A DNA stretch of 64,000 nt from Octopus vulgaris (GCA_951406725.2 OX597820.1:48856001-48920000); one strand, 5' to 3'; shown: positions 29,350-42,344, numbered from the stretch's first letter. Numbers and translations are program-made. Notes: generated by a model from the sequence alone, not told the origin.

Positions 29350-29634
29350 CTTTCCATTGAAAAAGATTTATCATAGATTTATCAAATGCTACGTACCTCA
29401 AACCTTCTGACCATGCGAATATATATATATACGAATATATCTCCCGCCTTCGCCGTGAACAAATTTAATCTGCTCTCATCGCTCCTTTGCGCCACATGGG
29501 ATCAACTCACCTCTTCTCTTCATCTGACACCAACCTCGCCTTGTCTCTTTCTTTGATACCATCCCCACACCACTCCTCACACACTAGCACTGACCTCTTC
29601 CCAGCACCTACACCACACAATATTTCCACATACT

Positions 29635-29775
29635 TAGTGGTTTGGCAAAACGAGACCGATGAGTAAGTACTAGGCTGACAAAAAATAAGTCCTTGGGTCT
29701 ATTTGATCGACAAAAGGTTGTGCTCCATCATGGCCACAATCTAATGACTGAAACAAGCAAATGAATAAAAGAATA
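29635..29775 (+). mobile_element. SINE family 1 3' domain fragment
   Basis: GTTTGGCAAAACGAGACCGAT..AAGTACTAGGCT..ATGACTGAAACAAG matches the 3' parts of the 18200 and 9670 copies. Confidence 0.7.
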
Positions 29776-31516
29776 TATACACACATATTTAGAGAGATAG
29801 AGGTAGAAAGTTGGACAGTGAGAGAGAGAGAGAAGAAGAGAGAGAAGGTGATGAGAGAATTGGAGAGCGAGAAAACAAACAATTTCTTGTAAAGTGCAAC
29901 CGAATTAAAGTGCAACGGAGTCTTGAGCGGGTGGAATTAAACAATGAGATGTAGATGGTTCTTACACCTGTGTAAGAAATGTGTTTAGGTGTGTATCGGT
30001 GTGTGCTTGTGCATAACTGTGTCAGTATGTGTCTGTGTATGAAGAACTACAGTCCTCTTAACACGGTTGATTTAATTACTAGAAATAGCCATTAAATCAA
30101 CCGTTATGCATACACACACACATGCTCGCGCACACACACATATATATTACTGATGGTTCATTGGTCGATACCTTTAACAATAGATTTGTTCAGTGTAAGC
30201 TGAAACTTATTACAAAGCCAAAAATAAAATGAGGTTTTAATACGGTAATCATAATATTTGCTATAAATTTGTTTGTCAAATTTCGGCGCAGTTAGCTTTA
30301 ATTTCTTCCAGCATCCCAGTGTGGGTAGCTATAATGTAAGAAATTTAAGTTTCGTTGCATAGTAAAGAAGGCTGGAATGCACTATTGTGTGGGACTATTT
30401 GATTAATCTCTGATAGCTCATTATCATTTTCTTTGAGAAAAATAAATTTAATGCTGCTTTAATATATCTTCAATTTTTTTTTGTTGTCCTTCATTAAGAA
30501 GTGTAGGTCGAGTTGACTTCATTTTAAATGTATCCCTTCTTCTGAAAATACTAATGCGTCATATGGACGGTAGTTAACTGCCAGATGTAAAAAAAAAGAA
30601 AGAAAATGGAGTGACTACACAGCTCCTCGCTACCTATCATATATTTAACGTAGATTTTTTTTAATGTAATTAAATTAATTAGTTCATTACTAAAGACCAT
30701 TTCTGAAATCTGTTTGCCGTGAACATGTTTTATAATAGACTCTACATGAAACTCCTTGCTACCTAACATATATCTAATGTACTTTTTAAACGCAATTTAA
30801 TTAACTACTTTATCACTGAAAGACCATTTCTGAAATCTGTTTGCGGAGTACTTGATTTTAGTATCATAGATGAGCGGACTGCTCAGATTTTCATCCAGTA
30901 TTTTACCCAGAAAAAGAGTTAAAATAGGACAATAAGATTTAGTATGCCCTTCATTTCTACATCAATACTATACTATGTAATTTGAGTGAGATTTGGCCGA
31001 TAGTTCTAACAATTCATGCTATTAGGTAAAGTCTGTTGTTTTTCATAATCTATGAGAGTGGTCCTACGTATCTCTATTACATCGCTCTCCCTCGAACATA
31101 ATCCATTAAAGTGGTCCAATCGCAATGTTCTCCTTTCCTTCGAATCAATACCGTTCCCGCTCGTAACCACTAAAAAGATTTCTTTGTTTTATGTCGATGT
31201 GCGACTTAAATCCTGATGTTTGATCGCTGGGAACTCTGTAATGTAACTTAGTTTCAACCCCAAATCGAAGTTGTTTCATCTGAAGTAGGTTAAAAGTTAG
31301 AACACTAAATATTATTAAAATGATATAGCAATGTGTATCATACCGTTGGCGGCACAATTGATTATCTATAAAGAAAAGAACAAAAACTTAGGGTCTGTTG
31401 CTTGCGCAACTTTGCTACTGTCCTTCACATATTCGTTGTCACATCCATGCAAGACTTACAGCAATCTCATTATCTCTCTCCCTCTCTCTCTTTCCCTTAG
31501 TTTCTCTTTCACACTC

Positions 31517-31581
<65 letters not shown>

Positions 31582-31780
31582 AGTGTAAAAGTACAACAAG
31601 AGGCACACATACGTGCCAAGATATATGTACACAAAAACACAAACATATATGTTTGTATAATTTCGCATGCTTATATATTTGTATATACTAGCATACACAA
31701 AAAATAACTTATGCACACATATATCATATATCAGATACACGCACACAAACACACCCACACACATATAATCTCTTCATGGA

Positions 31781-31826
<46 letters not shown>

Positions 31827-32551
31827 CAGAAAGCTATGTATATATACATACATGTATACATGTGTGTGTAAATATATATAAACGGATAAATAGACGCACA
31901 CACTCATACACACACGCACACACACACACATATATATATACTTATACGTATATATCTACATATATAAATACACACACAAACACACACATATATATATACT
32001 GGAGATACACGCACGTATATGCATATAGCTTAATGGATAAAGAGGTGTGCATACTCAGAGATATACACATGCACAAATATGAGAGAGGAGAGGAATTGAA
32101 AATGGAGGAGATGGGGAAATTGAGAGATAGAAAGCTTTTATGTTGCCGATTTTATTTAAGGAACAACCGGAAATTGGAATGCAGCCATGCGAGGGATCAC
32201 ATTCGCAAACTGTATGATCAGTTTGGATATGGGTGTAGGTGATAACTTAAATAGTGACGGAGGAGATAAAGAGGTAGAGAGGAAAAGAAAGTCAGAGGGA
32301 GAGACAGAGAGATAGACGGACTGAGCGAGAGAGAAAGGAGAGAAAGGAGGCAAAGTTAGAGATGAGAATAAGAGGAAGGGAAAGAACGGGAATTGGTATC
32401 CAGGAAAGAGATACAAAAAATCGAGAGAGAAAGGTAGAGATACAATGTGATACATGCGGAGAGAGATATGTATAGAAATTAAGAGATGAGGAGAAAAAGA
32501 GAGATGAAAGGTAGTATATAAAAATGCCTGGTTCCGCAAAGGGAGATAATG

Positions 32552-32617
<66 letters not shown>

Positions 32618-33183
32618 CAGGAAATAAAAGAGGAGACAAATAGGGAGTAAAAGAAATGGAGAAATACCAAATGTAGGATAACAGTGGGTTTGTTACAACC
32701 CGAAATTAAAACACTATATTCCATGAGAGGGTGGAGACTATGAACAAGTTACGCACATATTTGTACGCGCATACACACACAGACACACGCACACACACTT
32801 ATGCATATATAGACATAAACAAAACAATCATATTATGCATACAATTATGAGTTTAGACACACACACAAACAAGCGAGTGCACACACACACACACATATAC
32901 ACACACATACATATACATATAAATAGGTATGTCTATGTGTAAGTTCGAGTGTGTGTATGTAAAAGTGCGTGTGTTTGGGTATATATGTATGTATAAGGGT
33001 GTTTGGGTATGTATATATATATATATACAGCAGTATTCACTCAGACCTACAGTCATTGATGCACACACACCCATGCAAACATACATATATATGTATTTAC
33101 ATACATACATATATACCATCTCTCTCTCCATATCTCCTTCCATTCTTCAATACACACACACATATACATGTATATACGTATGT

Positions 33184-33226
<43 letters not shown>

Positions 33227-33230
33227 TAAA

Positions 33231-33296
<66 letters not shown>

Positions 33297-33937
33297 GTTT
33301 TAGTATGTGTGAGTATGCATGAGTGTATGTATGTCTGGTTGTGTGTGTGTGTATTTATATATGAGTATACATGAAACTAGAAAAAAAAAAGAGGGAGAAT
33401 TGGAAAATGGTAAAGAGAAAGATGAAAGGTAGAGATACAGTGATGGCTAAAATGTAGGCGTGTGAAAGTTTTGAATAAGTTCAGAGGGAGAGTGGATGCA
33501 TGGGTATGTATGTGGGCGGTGACGATGGAAGATTGCATTGGATGGCCATGCTGAGATTTAAAGGGAGAAGGAGTGTAAACGAGACATAACAATGAAGCGA
33601 TGAGAAAGAGGAAGAGGGACAAAGATGTGGAGGATGAGTGAAAGCGAGAGGAGAGAAATTCCTATGGAAGTGAATTAGAAATATACAGAGTTAAAATGGC
33701 GATAAGGAAATGGAGAGAGGCAAGATGAATAGTTCGTAAATAGATGCGCACGCGCGATAACGTGTTCCTGTTTGTGTATGTCTGTGTGTGTGTGTGTGTG
33801 TGTGTGCGTGTAAGATAGTGATAGAGAGAATGAGATAGAGAAAGAAAGGAAGAGAAGCAGAGAGGTGATCAAGTGGGATGTGAACAAAGTGAATATTTAA
33901 AAATAAAATGACCTAACTGCGATGAATGGATAGATGC

Positions 33938-33989
<52 letters not shown>

Positions 33990-34034
33990 ATGTATGTATG
34001 TATGTATGTATGTATCTATCTATCTATCTATCTA

Positions 34035-34082
<48 letters not shown>

Positions 34083-34753
34083 TTATAAAATTTTTTATTG
34101 CCTAAACTGGTATATTTTGGCACTATATTTATTAAGTTAATAAGTGACTTATTTATAATATCTAAATTAATATATTTTATATTTTATATTTTATAATTTA
34201 GCGTACTTTAAATCATAACAAACTTACGATAAACCTAACAACCGTATGTTTACTCTGCAACAAACCGGTGTTATAAATTTTAAGTTACCCATGAAATAAT
34301 TATCTGAATTAGTAACATACTGATATTTAAAAATACATTTATATCTTAATTAAATATTTTATAGAATGCATGGATGGTTCTTTTTTTGTTATTGAGGCTC
34401 AGTTATAATTTTGAAGGACTTAGTGTTAGCATGGTTGCTTCCCTATTTGTTTATCTAAGTGTTAGTTGTTGCTTATGATTATGTATATGTACAAGTGTAT
34501 GTATATACATATAACTATGTGTGTATGTGCGATTGATCTGTAGATGCGTGTGTGAATATTGGCGTTCCCTGACTAACCAACCGTATAATTTCCTTTTGTG
34601 ATTTAAATTTCAAACCAATAGCCAATCGAATTAATCTAAATTTTCTTTACCTAGTGGTCTGCATTTCTTAACTCATAGTTATTTCGATCTTGGAAGGATG
34701 GACTTGGTGATAACTTAACTGTATCTATTTTTATTATTTTTTATTATTATTAC

Positions 34754-34787
<34 letters not shown>

Positions 34788-35129
34788 AGTAATTTTTATT
34801 AACTTTTATAGCTTTAGAATTTTATGAACTGTACCACGGATTTAATTATTATTATTTTTCATCTCCATATGGGTTAGCCCTTTTTTTTATAAAAAAAACT
34901 ATTAGCTAAATATGTATGATATCGGTACTTATTAATATTATATATACACTGTTATATATTTTGTTTTATTTTGTTCTGGTTACCTTCCTTTTTGTACAAA
35001 TGTGTATTATATTATACAAGTGTAGCATTATGATGTATAAGTTTTTATATTTTACTTTTTTATATTTTTATATTTATATGTATATGATTATATAATATTT
35101 TTCACTATTATAACAAATTTAATTTAATT

Positions 35130-35237
35130 CTCTGAAGAGGCCGTGGGGCATCTTTGTTAATGCCTCATTTATACCTGCCTTTATGGCTTATAGGTTAAAT
35201 GAGGTATGACTGTCCTCACTGCCGAAACAGCTGTCAG
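35130..35237 (+). ncRNA. Type I hammerhead ribozyme motif with long extended helix II
   Basis: CT-CTGAAGA-GGC-C-GTGGGGCA..TGCCTCATTTA..TAAATGAGGTA..TGTCCTCAC-T-GCC-GAAA-CAGCTG-TC/AG; GUC site; (TA)n about 200 nt downstream. Confidence 0.75.
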
Positions 35238-35440
35238 TTTTGATTTATTTGCATATTGTATTTGTAATTTTTTACTTATATCTCTTTATCTTTTTACTTT
35301 TACTATTACTGTATATCTCATTTCATTTTATATATTGCCTTTACTCCTATGTAATGGTGTATTAAAGTATGGATTGAGTATCATCGGATAGTTGATGTTT
35401 TATTGATTTAAGTATGTTTCTCCATTCTCTAATTTTGTAG

Positions 35441-35497
<57 letters not shown>

Positions 35498-36580
35498 TAT
35501 ATGCATACACTGTCCCTCTCTGTGTATGTTTGTGTGTGTGTATATATATATATGTATGTATGTATACATACAAACTCAACCACACACTTTTAAACATACA
35601 AAAACACGTGTGTAAATGGGAAATGCATAAATAGACCGAATGAGTAATATTATATGCATAGATAGATAGGTAGTTGGAGAGAGAATGAGAGAACGAGGGG
35701 ATGGAGAGGGAGAGCACGAGGGAGAAGCGAAGGAGAGGAGAGCAAGGGATGTAGTGGGAGTCGATTAGGAGGCGTTGTATGTGAGCAAATGAGAGAGAGA
35801 GAGAGAGAGAAAGAGATAGACTGACAGACAGACAGAGAAACATAGACAGAAACGCGGAAAAGTTTAAGCGTATGGGAAAGTTAAAATGAAAAGCAGACAG
35901 AGGAAGCAAGAAATTATGTTTGCAAACATATATAGAAAGGTATTGAAGTATGGATTACTGAACGCATAAATAACGTACAAGAAGTAAAGAAAGCAACGAT
36001 AAAAGCAGCATATATCCCATTATATTATAACATATTCAAGATATAATGCTATAAAGGTAGCTAGAAATCTCGGCGGGTATATCATCTCTTATGTAACGGA
36101 TTTCATCGGCGCTCTATGTTGTAGTATGGAGGCGAACAAAACCGTAAGCATAAAATCTAAAAACAAATAACCCGGATTGATAATGGCGGAAAATTATGCT
36201 GTTTATTATAACTACAAAACAAAGCCTGTAACAAATTTAGCAATATCGAATATGCTATACCAACCAATACCAATACCAAATAACAGCAAACCAATACCTA
36301 TGACAATTAAAAACTAAAATGTATCCAGACATATCAGGCAATGGCATCTGCATAACCACCTGCTGCAGCAAAACGACAACGAAATCTCCAGCAACCCCAC
36401 TAGCTTGAGCAGCAAATGTCATGACAGGCATCTTAGAGAACATAATTCATGAGGGAATGAAATGCAATAGACACAATTATAATTACAGTATGAACTATTG
36501 CCGGTACGAAAAATTGCCATATATTTAACAACTGCAATAAGACAATCTACAAATTCAATTGTGCGGTAAGAATTGCAATA

Positions 36581-36640
<60 letters not shown>

Positions 36641-36701
36641 CAAAACATAGAATAGCAGTAATAACCACAACAACATCAACAATAATCACTGTACTGTAGT
36701 A

Positions 36702-37395
36702 GGGTTATTGAAACTACTAATATCTAGATCCGCACCCGGTGGGGAAAAATGGAAACGAAACTGTGTAGCAGTTGTAAGACACCGTATATTAAAGGAATAT
36801 GAGGGAAAAAATGTGCGCTGAAAAACGGGTGTATGGAGCTCCCCGAAAATTCACACGATCAACCGTACTAAAACTCAACACCTGGTCACAGGAGTGAGAC
36901 AGAAATCGTCTAATACTCTTAATGCAATGTATATTCAACAAATATTAAGAAAAAAATACGCGCTGACAAACGGAGAGGGGAGAGGGCTCGGAAAATTCAC
37001 ACGATCACCCGTACAGAACCCGAGCACTAAACCTCAACTCTCGGTCACAGGAGTGAAACAGAAATCATCTTGTGTGAATTTTCCGAGCCATCTCCTCACG
37101 CCCCGTTTGTCAGCGCCCATTTCTTTTCTTAATATTTGTTGAAGAAACATTTCATTAGAAGTATTAGAGGAATTCTGTTTCACCCCTGTGACCGGCTCTT
37201 GAGATTTAGTACTCGGATTCTGTACGGTTGATCGTGCCAATTTTCCGAGCCCTCCCCCACCCCGTTTGTCAACGCGCATTTGTTTCTTCATATTCCTTTA
37301 ATATACGGTGCATTACAACTGTTACACATTTTAGTTTCCATTTTTCCCACCGGGTGCGGACCTTGATATTAACCCCTGTAGTAGTTTCAATAGCT
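36702..37395. mobile_element. Foldback-type non-autonomous DNA transposon with ~145-bp internal subrepeats
   Basis: Ends GGGTTATTGAAACTAC / GTAGTTTCAATAGCT flanked by TA; TCCGCACCCGGTGGG / CCCACCGGGTGCGGA; the module GCGCTGA(A/C)AAACGG..GAAAATTCACACGATC..GGTCACAGGAGTGA is repeated on each arm. Confidence 0.85.
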
Positions 37396-37831
37396 TACAA
37401 AGACGACAGCAGCAGAAATAGCACCATTATCTACGATAGCAATATTTACAGTGAAGCTTCAGCACGTTCAGAGATGCAGAGGTTAAACACTTGAAAGAGC
37501 AACTTTCAAATCAATTGTAAATGAAACAAAAGTTTGAATATCTACTAGAAACAGTAGTAAGGACGAGAATGGGACCCAAAACAACAATTAGGATCATGGT
37601 GAAAGAGAGGCCAAAAGCTAGAGAGACAGGAATAACAAAAGCAAACTTAACTGAAAGATAAATAACAGTTGCAGTATCAGAAGCTAGATGTCCACTGGAT
37701 GTTCAAACAACTACAGTATCTAGAACTAGGAGCTAAATCTCAAATCACTCACTAATTTCTTCAAAACTCACGCAACGTCTCAAGAATTTGACAAATATTT
37801 TCATTTATGATTGTACGTCCTAGTTCCTTAG

Positions 37832-38012
37832 GGACAGAGAAATTCTAGCTTGCATGCAGCTGTAACAGTAGCGGTAGCAGCAGCAGCAGCCGTTCAAGAA
37901 TTTGGACTTGGAGATCTCCATTTCCAGCGACTTCGAGGGCCACCTCCCAGTGGTGTCCAGCGTCAACAAAGAGCCCTCGACTACAAGACGACCAAAGTTT
38001 TTTTCTTCCAAG
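37832..38012 (+). other. Candidate exon (GC-rich, unassigned)
   Basis: Possible acceptor TTCCTTAG| and good donor AAG|GTATGG. One frame is open throughout; another (QQQQPFKNLDLEISISSDFEGHLPVVSSVNKEPSTTRRPKFFSSK) has GC-rich third positions. No homology recognised. Confidence 0.3.
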
Positions 38013-38097
38013 GTATGGGCTCTTCCGCCCCTAAGCCCTAGACCATCACCTAATCTCTCTTACCCGTCTTGTTGCTTAACAACAAAACAACAACAGC

Positions 38098-38147
<50 letters not shown>

Positions 38148-38352
38148 CAGCAGCAGCAGTGACGGCTGCAGCAGTGGCAGCAGCAGAGCCCTTTAGGGGT
38201 TCAGATAACTCTTAATCGTATTTCAACTGGTTTTAAGTTTGTAATCTGTCGGGTCACTACTTCGCACACAAACTCACGAATTCGATTGGCTACCAATGTT
38301 CACTACCTGCAAACAAAGCATTTTTGTCATATCAGAGTAATCTTTCTTGATA

Positions 38353-38401
38353 ACTGATACCGAAGAGAATTAACGAAGTTGAAAGCAATGCATCTATCAG
38401 T
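38353..38401 (+). ncRNA. Type I hammerhead ribozyme motif (U4C core)
   Basis: ACTGATA-CCGAAGA-G-AATT(AACGA)AGTT-GAAA-GCAATGCA-TC/TATCAGT; perfect 7-bp helix I, AUC site. Confidence 0.65.
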
Positions 38402-38527
38402 CAAGTACATGATGTTCTGAGCTAACTATCGTGTTCTAACACCAATTTCTCGATGACGAACAGGTTGTTGAAATATCTCTCAAACATATTTGAACAAGTC
38501 TTAAATTTATGTGTGTAAAAGTGCTTT

Positions 38528-38652
38528 GCTCGAAACGTTAAAACATCTTTCTTTCTTTCCCTAAGCGTCTGCTAATACTTTACATGTACCAATTCCTCAC
38601 GTTGTTGTTTTTTTGTGTTTGTTCTTGTTTTTTTGGGGGGGAGGGGGGATTT
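38528..38652 (+). mobile_element. 5'-truncated copy of the GCTCGAAACGT HHR-element family
   Basis: Starts within the HHR (GCTCGAAACGTTAAAAC) and continues CCTAAGCG..TAATACTTT..TCCTCACGTTGTTGT, like 41984-42090. Confidence 0.65.
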
Positions 38653-38710
38653 ATTTATATACATAAATATATGTATATATATATGTATGTATATATATGT
38701 GTGTGTATGC

Positions 38711-38773
<63 letters not shown>

Positions 38774-38836
38774 TACATGTGTATGTCTGTATATGTATAT
38801 ATACATCTATATATCTATATCTATATCTATATATCT

Positions 38837-38894
<58 letters not shown>

Positions 38895-39727
38895 CATATA
38901 CACAGCCACGCACGCACATTTTGAATGAGAGAAACGGATGTGAAGATGCTTAGATTTAAGCCTCATCGTACGTTGAAAGAAACCCTCGTGGATAATAAGG
39001 AAAATAATGAATACCAGTTTAATAACAAATATTATATTGAATATTTCAAATGTTCCTTACAAACTTGTTATTTGTTCTGCCACTCATGAGACGAAACTAA
39101 ATTACTAAATTAATAAACTCTTTATACAGGGTTGATTAGAATAAAATTTTAAAGTCCGCAGAGAATACTTGCATTTAGGTATTTGTGGTATACGCAAAAT
39201 ATCACAGAAGTATATTGACTGTTGAATTTGCATAACAGTGAAACCGTAAGCATCCTGAATTCATGACACATAACGAATTAGTTTTATGCAGTATAAATAT
39301 CTATAGCCTGCTATTCTCTCTAACTGTAGACACTTGAGTAACCGACCTTTGATGACGCTGTTGAATGTATTCAAATCCATCCAAGTATTCTCTTGTCTGG
39401 GGCTATATAATGCTGTAATCGTCTCAGAGAGAAAATTCGTTGGTCTAACATTATATCTAGATTTCAGAGAAATTGTAAAAGTATTTGTATACTAAACAAG
39501 GTGCCTGAAAAATTTTAACTTGCATCTCATGAATCTACATCAATAACAGTAACATGAAAGAGCAACAACAACAACTGCAAGGCAGCAGCTGTAGTAGGTA
39601 TTAAGTACTCGGAGCTGTATTCTCATCCATATAGAGAATGGCAAACTTATCAATCTCATAGACTTCTGAGATAATGTTAATACCATAGGAAAAGCCCCCG
39701 CTTCCACGGTCCCAACATATAACTATA

Positions 39728-39768
<41 letters not shown>

Positions 39769-39789
39769 ATATATATGTATATATATATA

Positions 39790-39839
<50 letters not shown>

Positions 39840-39844
39840 CGTAC

Positions 39845-39976
39845 GAGTGGCTGTGTGGTACGTAGTTTCCTTACTAACCACATGGTTGCAGTTTCAGTCC
39901 CACTACGTGGCACTTGGGCAAGTCTCTTTTGAGTGGATTTGGTAGACGGAAACTGAAAAAAGACCGTCGTATATAT
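39845..39976 (+). mobile_element. SINE family 1 (internally deleted)
   Basis: GAGTGGCTGTGTGGT..CAGTCCCACT..GGTAGACGGAAACTG. Confidence 0.85.
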
Positions 39977-40422
39977 AACAAAGTGGAGTTGTAAGGTACC
40001 GCAGGAGTGGAATTATATATGAAAGAAAGTTTGAAAATGCAATTTTAAAAGATGTTTATTTACTTTAGCGGTTTAACTTTTTAGAAAAAGATTGTCAAAA
40101 GTAACATGTAAAAGTTTGGCTGTGTTAATCATTGGTTGTCACAAAATGCTACAATACATATATACAGTCTTTGGTAACAAGAACATATTAAGGACATAAA
40201 AAAGTTTAACAAGTTCATTAAAATATTGGGCTCAAAAGATTACAACATATATATACATTCTCAAGAAAATGTTAAAGATAGTTTCCAGAAGGAAGTATTA
40301 AAAAGTTCAGTGGAATATATTGGTATTGTATCTGTATATACATACACGCACAGAATACTATGAGTTCAAAAAAGTTTACATTATAGTAGTAGGGAAGCTC
40401 AAACTGACCTGGTCCACCATAT

Positions 40423-40771
40423 GGGGATAAGGATGGATAAATAATAAAAAATAAAAAACAAAAAAATTATAGTGGGATACGCCAATAAGTTTTACCCGGT
40501 GGAGAGGTGTATATACAGTAAGGTTTTATATTAAACATTATAATTTAGAATAGTTATGTTTGTAGTACTAATTAATAGTTTTAATCATTATAAAGTGCTA
40601 ATCGGTTAAATGTACATATAACCGATTAGCATTTTATTATGATTAATACTATTAGTATTAATACTAATACTTTACTGTATATACACCCATTCCCCGATTA
40701 AAACGTATTGGCATATCCCACTATTATTTTTTTTTGTTTTTTATTTTTTATTATTTATCCACCCTATCCCC
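40423..40771. repeat. Long imperfect inverted repeat
   Basis: GGGGATAAGGATGGATAAATAATAAAAAATAAAAAACA..GTGGGATACGCCAATA..GCTAATCGGTTA mirrored by TAACCGATTAGC..TATTGGCATATCCCAC..TTATCCACCCTATCCCC; centre about 40614. Confidence 0.88.
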
Positions 40772-40923
40772 GCCCCCTGTACAAAGGACTAATTCATAGA
40801 AGGCTATCTTGGTCAGCTTTTTTTTCATTTAACGTCCTAAAGAGACATACAGCAAAATGGTATGATTAAAACCATATTCAATTTTTCCCTTTTTCCTCTG
40901 TATACTCTTCTTTATTTATTTTT

Positions 40924-41036
40924 CACTCAGATGAAGCACCTTGTTTCAGCTCGGTTTTATCACCAACTATGATAAATATTTTTGAAAATTAATGGTAATA
41001 CCATACAACATTCGAAACAGAAACAGCTGTTAGATG
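40924..41036 (+). ncRNA. Decayed hammerhead motif (ACAGCTGT helix III class)
   Basis: CACT-CAGATGA..TGTTTC....GAAACA-GAAA-CAGCTG-TT/AGATG; core mutated (U4A). Confidence 0.4.
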
Positions 41037-41621
41037 GGATGCAGTCAATTTGCTTTGAATTACTTAATAATATTTGATGCAAGTCAATTGTTGTTCATCA
41101 GTACTTCTCCATTTTCTGTTTCCTTTATATGTATAATACTGTGAATTGTTTTGTTAAGCACTTCCGATTTTTACAATTCTGTCGCGCCCCACGCTTACGG
41201 GAAAACGTACTTTTTACAAAATTGTAAAAAGTCGACACTACTTAACAAAACCATTTGCAATAAAAGCACATGAAAGTTTGTTTACAAAAACAACTACAAA
41301 CTAATTACAGTTCTTAAATCTGACAGAAAAAACAGATAGGTTCGCTGGTATAATCGGAAGCAGACTCGTTCGGGTAAACAACGATGAGTGTGTTCGAGAC
41401 CAATGAGTACGGGAAAACGCAATTTTTTTCTGTCGAGGGCTTATATACCCCATTAATAGACTATTTCCTTTAGTCATTGCGCAGTGATCGCAGTAAGCTT
41501 TAAGCTTTAAGCTTGTATAATACTATAATTTTATTTACAATATATATATATATATATATATATATTATGGTGATGTACTTGCATAGCAAGTGATCTGATC
41601 TGAGATCGTGTGCTGGAAAGA

Positions 41622-41884
41622 AAACAATTGCAGCGTGGAAGGTGTTCGTAAGCTATTTATGAAACACACAAAAATCGTTAGATTCACTTCAACATTGAAA
41701 TTTAATATGTCAAAATATTTTCGTCGCTTTGAGATGCAGCACGGAATTTTGTCAGTGAACAGGTCGCAGTCCCAAAGCAACGAAAATATTTTGACAAATT
41801 AAATTTAAATGTTGAAGTGAATCTAACGGCGTTTTTATTTGTTTCTTAAATGTCATATAAACGCCTTCCACGCTGCAATTGTTT
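41622..41884. repeat. Inverted repeat between (TA)n tracts, with decayed HHR at the centre
   Basis: AAACAATTGCAGCGTGGAAGG..GTTAGATTCACTTCAACATT..TGTCAAAATATTTTCGT is mirrored. 41749-41797 reads TTGTCA-GTGAACA-G-GTCGC..GCAAC-GAAA-ATAT-TT/TGACAA. Confidence 0.8.
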
Positions 41885-41964
41885 ATATATATATGTGACC
41901 TAGTGAAGACCACTTGCATTTTTTTCCCTCTGTCCTCCCACCTCGGGATCTTTCTTTCTCCTAT

Positions 41965-41999
41965 GTTTCCGACGAAGAGCTCCGCTCGAAACGTCATAC
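41965..41999 (+). ncRNA. Minimal type I hammerhead ribozyme motif (U4C core)
   Basis: GTTT-CCGACGA-A-GAGC(TCC)GCTC-GAAA-CG-TC/ATAC; (TA)n about 95 nt downstream. Confidence 0.7.
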
Positions 42000-42218
42000 C
42001 CTCCTTCTTCCCTTCTTTCCTGAGCGCCCAATAATACTTTGTTTCACATCCTCGCGTTGTTGTCTTTTTGTTTTCTTGTTTGGATTAACTTTATATATAT
42101 ATATATATATATATACCGGAGTAAACACATAAATGAGAAACAAGGTAAAAAAAGAGTACTCAAATACCAAAGGTAGAGTAATATGCTTTATTTAAAAGCA
42201 GCAGAAATTTAATAAAAG

Positions 42219-42256
42219 CTGTTACTCGGAGTTTCACGTTCCCGTTCGTCGGACAG
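42219..42256 (-). ncRNA. Minimal type I hammerhead ribozyme motif
   Basis: Minus strand: CTGT-CCGACGA-ACG(GGAA)CGT-GAAA-CTC(C)GAG-TA/ACAG. Confidence 0.75.
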
Positions 42257-42306
42257 TTTTGTTAAAATAAAAGCGAGATTGTCATCTCGGTTCTATTTTA
42301 ACAAAA

Positions 42307-42344
42307 CTGTCCGACGAACGGGAACGTGAAACTCTGAGTAACAG
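42307..42344 (+). ncRNA. Minimal type I hammerhead ribozyme motif
   Basis: CTGT-CCGACGA-ACG(GGAA)CGT-GAAA-CTC(T)GAG-TA/ACAG. Confidence 0.75.

Larger units (their letters stand above)
28321..29418 (-). mobile_element. 616-bp non-coding retrozyme/pLTR-like unit in partial tandem (about 1.8 copies) within (TA)n
   Basis: 28321-28802 matches 28937-29418 (482 bp, no differences seen by eye, period 616). Each copy carries a minus-strand HHR; TA repeats on both flanks. Confidence 0.8.

Noticed and set aside
30688-30845. ~30-bp direct repeat AAAGACCATTTCTGAAATCTGTTTGC x2
   Set aside because: Only two copies; a local duplication, not CRISPR-like.
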